This document shows positions 1 to 11,486 of a stretch of DNA of 64,000 nucleotides, piece by piece. The stretch comes from Centroscyllium fabricii. Lineage: Eukaryota. The number at the start of each line of letters is the position of its first letter. Positions within the stretch are counted from its first letter, which is position 1. The stretch spans positions 162,502,001-162,566,000 of the forward strand of contig JBNRSN020000005.1 of assembly GCA_051313645.2 (NCBI GenBank). The letters run 5' to 3'. Below the pieces are notes generated by a model, which had not been told where the DNA came from, ran no database searches, and saw nothing but the letters and a program-made list of their open reading frames with translations. A program made the translations under genes and the position numbers.

Positions 1-765
1 CGAGTGCATGCTTGCTGCGAACAACAGTTTGCAGACTCTGATTGCAATTATATCCAGGATGGATAGAAACCTAGACTTGGCCGTTCATCGCCCCAGTGAT
101 GTGCAGCAAAGTGCTCTCCAGCTGCTTGCTAGCAGGGAAGTGCGGGTGGGCAAGAGAGGGATGATGGTGAGAGAGGACATGGAAGTGGAACTCTGCTCAA
201 TGTGCTCGCACTTCACCCCCATTGCCCAATGCCCACCCCCAGGCCGAGCCCCACATGCTGTCTTGGATCCCGATGGCCGAGTCTGCCCCTGCACAGGTGC
301 AGGAAGAGCAGTCTTTTGCAGAGCCCTCACAGGCTCCAAAACCCAAAGGATGTCCGCCAAAAGTGTCTAAACAGTCAAGAGCAGGGAAGTGAGGAGCCTG
401 CCTCCAGCTCTGCTGAAGCTACAGGGATTGCATGACATAGGAGTTGTAGGAAGGGAAAGATGGCGCAATTGTAGATGCACAAGGTTATGCACATAGGTAT
501 GTTATTAAATGTTAGATGGTTAACTTTCTGTTGAACTTTTCAGGCACATAAAATTATTTATTTGCACCACATTCCCATCTTGTTCATTTTTGCCTGCTGC
601 CTGACATTACTTAACCTGGAGCAATGGCAATGGGTGTGTGTGACAGGAATGGTTTGGTCATTTTAGGACTACTTTGCGGTGTTCGGGGGAGGGGGCGGAG
701 GGGAAGTTGTTTCAGCATTTGGGTGTCATATGGGTGCACTGGTACAACCTAACTAAATCGTACCA

Positions 766-1095
766 TTATGAAGCCATCCCGGCATCCTGAGCAGCAATGT
801 GCACCGCTGCTGGTGTCATGTCCACTTCTGGTTCCTCCTCTGCACCTTGCTCCTCCTGCAGTTCCAATCCTCGCTGCTGTGCTATGTTGTGCAGAGCGCA
901 GCATACCACGATCATTCTGGAAACACTGGCTGGTGCGTATTGAAGGGCTCCTCCAGATCTGTCCAGGCATCTGAAGCGCATCTTCAGCATTCCAATTGCT
1001 TGCTCTATTTATTATACATTTCGTCGTCATCTGGCTTTGATTGTACCACTCTTTGGCCTCATTGCATGGCCTCCTCAAGGATGTTATTAATAAGC
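766..1095 (-). pseudogene. PIF/Harbinger (HARBI1-like) transposase, C-terminal fragment
   Basis: Translation ..LLITSLRRP..YNQSQMTT.. then MLKMRFRCLDRSGGALQYAPASVSRMIVVCCALHNIA plus acidic tail; matches the HARBI1-type C-terminus (LKxRFRCL...CCxLHN); frameshifted. Confidence 0.85.
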
Positions 1096-1184
1096 TCTTG
1101 TCATTCTTATCATTTAAGATAGAAATGGTGGGGAGGTGGGGTGGGGTGGGGGGCAATAATTCTACGAAAGACATGACTGAGTGG

Positions 1185-1336
1185 CGACCTGATAGAGGTC
1201 TTAAAAATTCTGAAAGGGGTTCAATAGGGTAGACTTAGAAAGAGGAAAGACGGGAGGCGGCTCATGTGGAGCATAAATGCCGGCATGGACTGGTTGGACC
1301 GAATGGCCTGTTTCTGTGCTATATATCCTATCTAAT
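1185..1336 (+). mobile_element. CR1/HER1 LINE 3' fragment
   Basis: GACCTGATAGAGGTC..AAAATTCTGAAAGG (DLIEV.KI) followed by CR1 3' UTR motif GGACCGAATGGCCTGTTTCTGTGCT. Confidence 0.7.
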
Positions 1337-1796
1337 CAGTCTTTTCTGTAAGATTTGGATCACAGGTCACACACAGATTACCCAAAGGGTCTTAGGAGTT
1401 GTAAGGCTTTTTTTTAAAGAGCTACAGTTTTAAAGCATAATCAGATATTACATGTGGTTTAAACTAAGTATAATAGACATACAACCCTTGACAGTAGGGA
1501 GCGATCTACGACTCCCAAATCGGAATGCCACAACTGGATGGACGGTGGTCTCAGATTGGGTGGATTCCTGCAGTCTTTTGCAGCGGACACTTCCGTTGGG
1601 TCGTCCCTCGAGCTGTTGGAGGTGTTAGGCCACCAGCCACCTCAGAGGCTAAACTTGACCAAGGTGTTAGGCCGTAGCCACCTTGGGGAAGCCTTCGCCC
1701 CTAACTGCCTGATTTCCTCTCTCAGTCATCTATATTTATAGTTATTTCGGTGGGCTGGTTGTTATCTGGTGTCAATCATTTGTTCCCCATCCTATT

Positions 1797-3591
1797 CAGG
1801 GTGCTACAAAAAATTTTTTTTCATTTGCCCAGTCGGGCAAGTGGATTTCTAAAACACTTCCCGAACACAAATTTCACTTGCCCGAAATTTTTAAAGAAAT
1901 AAATAAATGTTTTACATTTTTATTAAAATGCTTCAATATAAAGCCATAGATTGTGATTGCAGTTAGTGTACCTTTTAGGTCTGCCATCAATCTTGCCCAT
2001 TACTGATCTGGTATAGGTTAAAAAACAGTTTGGAGGCAGATACACTGAAGAATATGTATTGCTACAACTATTGGACCTGATTGAGGTGTACAAAATTATG
2101 AGGGGCATAGATAGGGTAGATAGAAAGGAACTTTTTCCCTTAGTAGAGGGGGGATCAATAACCAGGGGGCATAGTTTCAAGGTAAGGGGCAGGAGGTTTA
2201 GAGGGGATTTGAGGAGGAACCTTTTCACCCAGAGGGTGGTTGGAATCTGGAACTCGCTGCCTGAAAGGGTGGTAGAGGCAGGAACCCTCACAACATTCAA
2301 GAAGCATTTGGATGAGCACTTGAAATGCCATAGCATACAAGACTATGGACCAAATGCTGGAAAATGGGATTAGAATAGGCAGGGCTCGATGGCCGGCACA
2401 AATGCGATGGGCCGAAGGGCCTCTTTCTGTGCTGTAAAACGCTATGACTCTATGACTTTGTAAAAGCAAATATTAGGTAATGATGGATGGCAGGAAGATA
2501 TGACAGTACTTGACATGCAGGATTCTGATGATGTTTAAACCTGTGGTTACAGTTTATTACATCAGAACTATTTAATTCAGGTAATTTATTGGCTGGCCAT
2601 CTGTTATTTTTGTACCATATTTTTGTATTATAAGTACTATAATAGTGTGCCAGGCCCGGCACTCACCGATTAGCCTCCACACTTCCTGACCCCGGGACTG
2701 CCCCGACACACACTCCCCAAGCAGCAGCAGCTCCACCCCGCCAGAGGAGCAGCGCCAACCCCCGGCCCCAACCGGGGCCCGCCATTCGACTGTTTTGCCT
2801 GGCCGAATGACCAACGGAGAGCGCGGCTTCACCCCGCGGCCCGCTTCTTCATTGCTGCTCGCCGCCTCTTCATCGCCGCTTCTTCACCCCGCCTACTCGT
2901 GCTCCTATTTTCCATGATCCCAGGTTCTACTCCTAGTCTGTTAAGCTGGCTGATTTCAGCTGGTGCAACAGTGTTAGGGTGGGCTACAATTGGCCTCAGC
3001 ACCCCATGGACTAAGAGGGTGACAATCATACCAAGTTACCCCCGCACCACCCCCAACTCTGATTGCTATCCAGTAACAGCTGCTGCTAAGTCTTCTTGAC
3101 TGGACGTTGGGACAAGATCAGACTCTGGTACCTCCCTCTCTCCCCTCCCCTCTTTCTCCCCCCCCGCCCCCGTGTTTGATTAGCCTGAAGAATAACCTCT
3201 GGGGTAAGGTGCTACGGAGCTGGGACCCAGCAGGAGTCTGCAGCTTCAGCAGAGGAGGGGCGAGCATATTGTTAAAAACGCACACCAGGACAGCAGAATA
3301 ACCCAAAATAAGCTTTGCAGGCTGTGACCCTGTGGCCAGCCTCCTCACCCCGCGGCCGGCCTCTTCACCCCGCGGTCGGTCGGTCCGCCACTTCACCCCG
3401 GGGGCAGCCGGTCCGCCTCTTCACCCCGCGGCCTCTTCATCGCCGCCTGGCTGTGCGCGCACACCCTCAGTGCTATTGCCGGCTCAGGTCATACCCGCAC
3501 ATCGCTTGCCCGGTCGGGCAAGTGCGAATTTCTTTTGCTTGCCCGACTGCACATTTTGCTTGCCCCGGGCAAGCGGGTTTGTCACGCCCTG
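1797..3591. mobile_element. Non-autonomous hAT-like DNA transposon with 5-bp TSD, inserted in the ERV-like LTR
   Basis: Termini CAGGGTGCTACAAA / TTTGTCACGCCCTG; TSD CTATT at 1792-1796 and 3592-3596; repeated subterminal TTGCCC/GGGCAA motifs at both ends. Confidence 0.75.
2074..2457 (+). mobile_element. CR1 LINE 3' fragment nested in the hAT element
   Basis: DLIEVYKIMRGIDRVD..TRGHSFKV..FTQRVVGIWNSLP C-terminus of ORF2; tail CTATGACTCTATGACT. Confidence 0.9.
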
Positions 3592-4284
3592 CTATTGTCC
3601 AATTACAAGGGAGAGGCTACCTATGACAGCCCCTCCTAGCCTCATGAGGTAAATTTCCTCCTCATCTCTGTTCTAAAGGTCTTGTTGCCCTCTTTGTAGA
3701 CAGCCTGTTTATCCTACAGCTCCTTGCTGCATCCTGTATCAGGCCTAGTTATGCCCACTCGAAGGCCTGTTTTTTGTGTTCTGACCTTGTAATTCAGCTC
3801 TCTGTACAGCTATTTTTCTGACATGACTGGAATCTTTCTGTGTCATCAACTTAGGCAAACTGCTGACCTAGGGAACCTGTAACAGACTATTATTTCTTTC
3901 AATCCATGATTCCTTACATCTCCCCACCTTGAGAAGAAAATATCCTTATTGACTTCTTACAATCGGCTCTTAACTAATCTAGCTAGTTCTTATTGCTCTC
4001 TCAACTTGGGCGTTAGTTAGTAGGGAGTCTCAAAAATGAAGATGTCCCCCTTCTTTACAGTCCATTCCTTTGAGGGGGAGAAGCAATCTCTGACCCCTTA
4101 CCCAAATTCAATTTACTGTTCCAATTCTGCCCCGCCCGGGGTCCCCTCGGTTTCTTCTATCTTTCCTGATCTTACCCCGCCTGGGGTCTCCTCTACATTG
4201 CTTCGGACCTTCTCATTTGTTGTGCTCAATCAATTTGTTGATGCTGATTAGATATAGGCATGAGTACACAATTGGCTTATATAT

Positions 4285-5330
4285 CAAAGTCTTACCATAC
4301 AGGTTACATATATCAAATACACCACCATTACAAGTTGGAGAACTACCAGAGCGTGTGAAATAATACAAACCTAAGGGGATGCTGATATATTAAGCCCAAT
4401 ATCCCACCAGTGTGAGTCATTCTCTATGCTGCCAATTTCAATATCCATTCTCGAGTTGTCTTGCTCCAAAACATAAAAATGCTTTAAGGAGGAGTTCAGT
4501 TGCATCACGAGCTCACTGAAGCCCTCCGACACCAGGGGAATGTATCACCCGAATTGTGCCACATAATTGTGCAGCTCATACTTAAGTATCTCATTTACTC
4601 TCAGTTTCACTTGAGTATAGGTTTTAATATTCGTGTTGGTTGATGGGACAGATCCTGTTAGACCCGTAAAGCATGGTAGTTGCGGTCATAGTGACACATG
4701 AGGCACCACCAAAACCACCTCATACTGGATTCGTACTGGTTTTTCCCATGCTCTGTTACCTACAGAACACAATTATTACAGTCACGAGTAAATTCAATCT
4801 TACAATCATTTCAAGCAACATTACAGTTTAACATCTAATCAACAAATCATGGACTTAAAAGATTCTCCAGATCTCTCTTTTACTTGTATCCATCTTGTGA
4901 GTAATGCTTACGAAACATGATTTCTCCTTAGCCTTCAATTTTCCCAATCCAAATTCCATATAACTCTCCACTTCAACTTCAATTTCAATCCCTCTAACAG
5001 ATACCAGTGTGTTTAACTCTATTCTGATTGTTTCATTAATGAGATAGTTTCTCGATGGAATAGGTGTCAATGCTTTAAAAGTTGTCTCATTCTCCTGAGC
5101 CACATTAACCATTTCATGTCTTGCTGTTGTCAAGTAACTGTGAATGTCTGAGACCCGTTCTTCAGTGCAAATTAACCACGCATTTCCGGATGGTAATTGC
5201 TTCATACATAACAAATTACATTTGCACTCATATCGGTATCTCCATATTATGCCACACATGCCACCCGCTACAAGCCATTCTCTGGCTTTCAGGTATCAAA
5301 AGATTGTAACCGTCTGGAAATCCTTGCTCA
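4285..5330 (-). pseudogene. Envelope/fusion-glycoprotein-like remnant
   Basis: Manual minus-strand translation: heptad-like ELVMQLNSSLKHFYVLEQDNSRMDIEIGSIE, then HWWD (WWD at 4401-4409), then hydrophobic VCIISHALVVLQLVMVVYLIYVTCMV; upstream Cys-containing segments and N-x-S/T sites (ORF 4855-5259). Several stops. Confidence 0.55.
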
Positions 5331-6702
5331 TCTTCCCCTGCATGGTTCTGCTGTCTTAGATAGTGGCCGGACTATCAAATTCATTTTTCTTAAAAAGTTC
5401 ACTATAAGCAGGGATTCAAATGACTCCAAGAGAAAGCTATCAATTTATTATTTGTAGCTGCACTTTCCTGACTTTCACTAGAAAGTTTGGAAAATTCCCA
5501 TTTGATGGTGTAATTTTCCTGTTTCTATCTTGCACCCTCAATTACTTCCTCTCTCCCTTTTACACTTCCCATTAATATCTCATTCATGAGCCCTGGAGGA
5601 ACTTTACTGTCCAGTACAATATTTAAGATTATTAACACTTTTTATTTATCATTATTTTAGAGGATCTTTTATTTTCCCAAAAGTAACCCAATATTTAGGG
5701 AGCGATTTTCTGCCATCAGAGGAGGTGGGTTTGGGGGCGGGAAAATCAGATTCAATGAGGGCGGATTCAGAACACACCTCCAACCCGCCACCGCGGAATT
5801 TTGCCGGTGCCAGGTTTGGAGGTCGGGAAAGGGTCCTGCCTCCAGCTGGCCATGGCGATACTTGTGATCATTAAATGCTCATTAAGGGCCCCTCTAAGCC
5901 TATTTTGAGAGGCCCTCGTGATTTTTTGAGGATTTCAGCATGCTCCACACGGCTCCTAAACCACGCCAGGTCAGGTTGACTTGTGGGTGGCCTCCTCACA
6001 GCTGCAGGTCTAACAAGACATCATTTATTGCATCAAGGATTACTTGCAGGTGCCAGACCTTGGCTTTAAAAGGTCTCTGAGCACTTTTAGAAGGCCTTCC
6101 GAAGTTGGAGGTGCTGCAGCAATCAACTGTGGGACCTTCTTGGAAGACCCTCTCCCCGCTTGCAATGAGCGCTTCCCCAAAGGAGGCATCTGCAAGCAGC
6201 ACGGGAACCATTTGTTTTCTTTCTGCATGGATCTCAGATGAGGATGAGGAGGAGGAGGAGGCTGAGGAGGATCAGAAATGAGTGATTTCCAGGCTCGGTG
6301 GTTTACATGGTGTTTTCACATTAGATACAGAAGTGCTGCAATTAGTTTACAAGGTAACTTCCGTATAACAAAAGAAAGAGAATCCATTGTGACTCTGCTT
6401 AAGGGTTAACTTATCAAACTTATCAAACCATATTTTTTCTTCTGTCAATGTGAGGAAATATTAGCTTAAAATTAAGAAACTTAAATTTAATAATGTCCTG
6501 TGTCTTTAAATTTCCTTCAGTAATTCTAAAGTTGTTGCTTGGTGAACTTAAACAGCTGTCAGTGTTAACTCCTTTGTCAGATTTTGAGAAGGCAGAGCGA
6601 AACATTGTCAGGCGCCCTCAAATGCGTCACTTCACGTAAATTTACAAAATCTTCCCCGATCGAAAAAGACAGTTGTGTTTTCACAATTTAGTAGGTTTGT
6701 TA

Positions 6703-6866
6703 CCACTCGAAGGCCTGTTTTTTGTGTTCTGACCTTGTAATTCAGCTCTCTGTACAGCTATTTTTCTGACGTGACTTGAATCTTTCTGTGTCATCGACTT
6801 AGGCAAACTGCTGATCTAGGAAACCCATAACAGACTATTATGTCTTTCAATCCATGATTTCTTACA
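6703..6866 (-). repeat. Truncated 5' LTR of the ERV-like element
   Basis: 164-bp near-identical copy of 3755-3918 ending at the same TGTAAG terminus. Confidence 0.85.
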
Positions 6867-7372
6867 CGTCTTCAGTGGATACCCCTTGTCTGCAAGCAGC
6901 CAACCAGTAAGTCTGGTCGGAGGTGCGAAGAGCTGAGGGAGAGTGGACTGGCGCAGGATGAATGAATCATGACAGCTCCCTGGGAATCTGGCACACACAT
7001 GCATGATGATCTTTTTGTGGTTGCAGACAAGCTGCACATTGAGGGAGTGGAAGCCTTTATGGTTCACAAACTCTCCTAGGTGATGTGGGGTGCCTTGATG
7101 GCCACATGTGTGCAGTCAATGACGCCCTGCACCTTTGGGAAGCCAGCCAGAGCCGCAAAGCCGAACACCTGTTCAGTAACACTGGCTTCATCAGTGGCAA
7201 AGTGTACATAAGTGCCTGACTTGTCATCTGGGTGATGCATTTGTGGGCGGCTGACTGCGAGATCCTGCAAATGACTCCTGCAGATCCCTGGAAGGAGCCT
7301 GAGGGGATGAAGTTGAGGGCAGTGGTGACTTTGACAGCCACTGGTAATGTGTGTCCACCAGGTCCACGAGGC
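6867..7372 (-). pseudogene. PIF/Harbinger transposase, catalytic core fragment
   Basis: [75 protein letters not shown]: HARBI1-type DDE motifs, frameshifted. Confidence 0.9.
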
Positions 7373-8322
7373 AGAAACATAGAACATAGCAGGAGTAGGC
7401 CATTCGGCCCCTCGAGCCTCCTCCGCCATTCAATGAGTACCCTGTCCCTGCCTTCTCCCCATATCCCTTGATCCCTCTAGCCTTAAGAAATACATCCAGC
7501 TCCTTGAATATATTCAATGAACTAGCCTCCACCACCCTCTGTGGCAGAGAATTCCACAGGTTCACCACTCTCTGGGTGAAGAAGTTCCTCCTCATCTCTG
7601 TCCTAAATGAGTTACCCCTTAACCTTAGACTATGACCCCTGGTTCTGGACTCTCCGATCATTGGGAAAATTCTTCCTGCATCAAGTTTGTCCAGACCAGT
7701 TAGAATTTTATACGTTTCAATGAGATCCCCTCTCAATCTTCTAAACTCCAGAGAGCACAAACCCAGTCTATCCAGTCTTTCCTCATATGTCATTCCTGCC
7801 ATCCCAGGTATCAAACTGGTGAATCTTCTCTGCACTCCCTCCATGGCAAGAACGTCCTTCCTTAGATAAGGAGACCAAAATTGCACACAGTACTCAAGGT
7901 GTGGTCTCACCAACGTCCTGTACAACTGCAGCAAGACCTCCCTGTTCCTGTACTCGAACCCTTTCGCTCTGAAGGCCAACATACCATTTGCCTTCTTAAC
8001 CGCCTGCTGCACCTGCATGCTCACCTTCAGTGACTGGTGCACAAGGACACCCAGGTCTCGTTGTACTTCCCCTTCTCCCAATCTATTGCCATTCAGATAA
8101 TAGTCGGCATTTGTTTTTGCCCCCAAAGTGGATAACTTTGCATTTATCCACATTATACTGCATCTGCCACGTCTCAGCCCACTCGCCCAACCTGTCCAAA
8201 TCATCCTGGAGCTTTCTGGTACCCTCCTCGCAGCACACACGCCCTCCCAGCTTTGTGTCATCTGCAAACTTGGAGACATTACATTTAGTTCCCTTTTCTA
8301 AATCATTAATGTATATTGTGAA
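7373..8322 (-). mobile_element. 5'-truncated CR1 LINE inserted in the Harbinger transposase
   Basis: [46 protein letters not shown]; 3' tail (CTATGTT)n on the minus strand. Confidence 0.95.
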
Positions 8323-8464
8323 TTTCTTCTTCCAGCAGGCCACAAATGTCTGCCACAACCTGACATGACAGCCTGAGCCTCCTGAAGCATTGCTGCTCAG
8401 TCATGTCCGGGAAGTTGATCCTCTGCCTATACCCTGTGTTGGGGGTATCGCCTCCTGTGAGGTG
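8323..8464 (-). pseudogene. PIF/Harbinger transposase, N-terminal fragment
   Basis: Manual translation PHRRRYPQHRVYRQRINFPDMTEQQCFRRLRLSCQVVADICGLLEEE; joins [16 protein letters not shown] across the CR1 insertion. Confidence 0.8.
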
Positions 8465-8674
8465 TGTTAAGTCCGCGTTATTTAACTTATAAATAAAGAC
8501 ACGAGTCCAGACTTAATTAAATAAGGTCTTTAGTGATCTAATGCAGAACGTGGAACTGAACATATCGCTCCACTCCGGAACATATATACACTAGTGGTTC
8601 ACCGCGGTACTACAGTATTACGGCGCTACACAAAGTAGTGCTCAGTAAAATAACTTAAAGGTACATACACAACA
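8465..8674. mobile_element. Solo LTR (210 bp)
   Basis: TGTT...AACA termini with 5-bp TSD AGGTG (8460-8464, 8675-8679). Confidence 0.85.
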
Positions 8675-9692
8675 AGGTGCACCCCATTTTCACTCCTTCT
8701 CTCCTGTGGAGAGGCAGGTTGGATAGTAAAACAGCACAATCTTCAAAGTAAAAATTTAGCCCACTGTGAGTACTGCCAGGGGAGATCCACTAATATTAAA
8801 ATTTGTACAGATATATTTTTTACATATGTAAAATGCTTCTGAGCTGCCATCAGAAATAGACAAGTATATTTCAATCTGCAAAATTCCCAGACTATTACAT
8901 TTACATAAGATTACATAGGATATACGGCACAGAAACAGGCCATTCGGCCCAACCAGACAATGTCGGCGTTTATGCTCCACTCGAGCCACCTCCTGTCTTT
9001 CCTCATCTAACTCTATCAGCATAACCCTCTATTCCCTTCTCCCTCATATGCTTGTCCAGCCTCCACTTAAATGCATCCATACTATTCACCTCAAACACTC
9101 CCTGTGGTAGCGAGTCCCACATTCTCACCACTCTCTGGGTAAAGAAGTTTCTCCTGAATTCTCCATTGGATTTCTTGGTGACTATCTTGTATTGATGGTC
9201 TCTAGTTATGCTCTTCCCCACAAGTGGAAACACTCTCTCTGTATCCACTCTATCAAAACTTTTCATAATTTTAAAGACCTCTATTAGGTCACCCCTCAGC
9301 CTTCCTTTTTCAAGAGAAAACATACCCAGGCTGTTCATCCTTTCCTGATATGTATACCCTCACATTTCTGGTATCGTCCTTCTAAATCTTCTCTGCACCC
9401 TCTTCAGTGCCTCTATATCTTTCTTATAATATGGCGACCAGAGTTGTATGCAGTACCCTAAGTGAGTTCTAACCAAGGTTCGATACAGGTTTAGCATAAC
9501 CTCACTACTTTTCAATTCTATACCTCCTAGAAATAAACCCTAGTGCTTGGTTTGCTTTTTTTATGGCCTTGCTAACCTGCGTCGCAGCTTTTAGTGATTT
9601 GTGTATTTGAACTCCCTTTGTTCCTCTACCCCACCTAGACTCGTACCCTCCAAGTGGTAATTGACCTCCCTATTCTTTCTACCAAAATGTAA

Positions 9693-9974
9693 GAAGTCAC
9701 ACACACCAGGTTATAGTCCAACAGTTTTATTTGAAATCACAAGCTTTCGGAGCACAGCTCCTTCCTCAGGTGAAGTGACGAGATTCATTTAAACATAGCA
9801 TATATATATATATATATATATATACACTGTGTTTAAATGAATCTCGTCACTTCACCTGAGGAAGGAGCTGTGCTCCGAAAGCTTGTGATTTCAAATAAAA
9901 CGGGACTATAACCTGGTGTTGTGTGACTTCTTATAATTGTCCACCCCAGTCCAACACTGGCACCTCCACATCAT
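9693..9974 (+). mobile_element. Penelope-like pLTR insertion with inverted 5' duplication around (TA)n
   Basis: Long inverted arms around a TA microsatellite, 3' end GGCACCTCCACATCAT; flanking duplication TACCAAAATGTAA (9680-9692, 9974-9986). Confidence 0.8.
9852..9888 (+). ncRNA. Minimal type I hammerhead ribozyme motif (mirror copy on minus strand 9737-9773)
   Basis: tcac-CTGAGGA-a-ggagc-tgt-gctcc-GAAA-gc-tt-gtga: stem I tcac/gtga, CUGANGA box, stem II, GAAA box, palindromic AAGCTT in place of stem III. Confidence 0.7.
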
Positions 9975-9988
9975 ACCAAAATGTAATA

Positions 9989-10587
9989 CAGGTTGAGCAC
10001 CATTAATTCGGCACGGGCGGGACTAGGCCTGCGCCGGTATACCGAAAAAAACGGGAGAATGAAGCCGGCCAGCGTGCACCATTCAAAATGGCCGCGTGCA
10101 TGCGCACAACATTGGAAATGGCCGCCGGAAGTTTTGATTATCTGCAGTGTAGCTGCAGCCGCCCAGAACCCGCCGTGCAAAGATCCCTTGGCTCGGCTCA
10201 CCAGGCAGACAAAATGGGACTCTCCCCCCACCCCACTCCGGCACACAACCATAAATTGAGGCCCAGGTTGCAGGCCCAGCACAGCACTAACAAGTTAGTA
10301 GAGTTGGAGCCCGGTCTTGGGCAGCGCTGAGGGAGTGAGGCCGGCGCGAGCAGCAGATTCTTGCTGTTCGACGGCACATGAATGAGGAGCAAAGGTCAGT
10401 CCAGCCTCTGGCGGCCATTTTCAATGATCTGCGCAGTGCTCGCCATTTGGCGGCGCATGCACAGATCATTCGCCGAAGCATCTATCGTGGCAGCCATTTT
10501 GCGCATGCGCAGGACAGTCGCGGCAATTGATGCCGGACGACCGAAGTTGCCGGCTTTTCGGTTACCGGATTAACGGTGCTCAACCTG
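9989..10587. mobile_element. Tc1/mariner-type (Tigger/pogo-like) MITE
   Basis: TIR CAGGTTGAGCACC(A/G)TTAAT; TA TSD on both sides; second copy in opposite orientation at 55359-56039. Confidence 0.9.
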
Positions 10588-11486
10588 TACCTCACATTTA
10601 TCTGTGTTGAACTTCATTTGCCAATTCTATGCCCATTCTGCAAGTTTATTAATGTCCTACTGTAAGTTGTTGCAGTCCTCCTCAGTATTGACTATCCCCC
10701 CCCCCCAAATTTGGTGTCATCTGCAAATTTAGAAATTGTGTTTTTGATTCCTAAGTCTAAGCCGTTAATGTAAATTGTGAACAGCAGTGATCCCAGCACT
10801 GATCCTTGTGGAACACCACTACCCACCTTCTGCCACTCTGAATAGCGACCCTTTACTCCCACTCTCTGCTTTCTGTCCTGAAGCCAGCCAGAAGTCCATT
10901 CTGCTACTTGTCGAATAATCTGTGGCTCTGTTTATTTAACCACAGTTGAATTTTATAGCCTTAAAGGGATACAGCTGCACCTTAGGACAAGAGTAATACA
11001 CAGTATATTACACATTGTTACACTCCTGTCCTCAGAAAGTTTCTTACGATCTGACTTACTATGAGCTAAACCATGGAGATCTGGCTATATAACTGTCTAT
11101 TGTAAGATAAAATCCTTTAGTCTGTGTGAATTTCCTGTTGTTTAACAATTATTTTCTATATCTGTCACACGTTTGCCATTGTGCTTTCACCATCATATTT
11201 TGTTAATTGGTTCAAAATAAATGAGCAAAGTAAATCTGAATGTAATAAAAGCTACCAATGAGAAACTACTAAGGTCTTATGAAAAAAAATCTTGAATGAC
11301 CAGTCAGGAGAATTGACCAATACAAGGAACTGTAGTAGGAACCAAGTGAATCACAATACACTTTTTGAAAAAAAAATGCTGCGTCCAAAATAAGGGTTGC
11401 AACAAAGAGAGGGCATGAAAATGATATATGTAGCAATAACACGATTAAACTTAAGTATAAATATGTTTTTTATGTCTTTGAGCATC

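Larger units (their letters stand above)
1347..6866 (-). mobile_element. Decayed ERV-like LTR retroelement with env remnant
   Basis: 3' LTR 1347-3918 has TGTAAG..CTTACA termini and a polypurine tract (minus strand CTCAAGGTGGGGAGA, 3919-3933); 3755-3918 is repeated at 6703-6866; env-like remnant lies next to the PPT. No gag/pol recognisable and no clean TSD. Confidence 0.7.
8893..10912 (-). mobile_element. CR1 LINE fragment interrupted by a Penelope repeat and a MITE
   Basis: LGMFSLEKGRLRGDLIEVFKIMK..FFTQRVVRMWDSLP; RT part ([13 protein letters not shown]) resumes at 10590-10912. Confidence 0.9.

Noticed and set aside
8-435. ORF as the Harbinger partner (Myb/SANT) gene C-terminus
   Set aside because: Position convergent with the transposase fits, but no diagnostic motif is visible.
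5698-6300. Possible Harbinger-type end and Myb-like remnant
   Set aside because: Only a weak terminus-like motif; no partner TIR or convincing translation.
7224-8279. 351-aa ORF as a CR1-Harbinger chimeric gene
   Set aside because: Frameshifted CR1 fragment reading through into Harbinger sequence out of frame.
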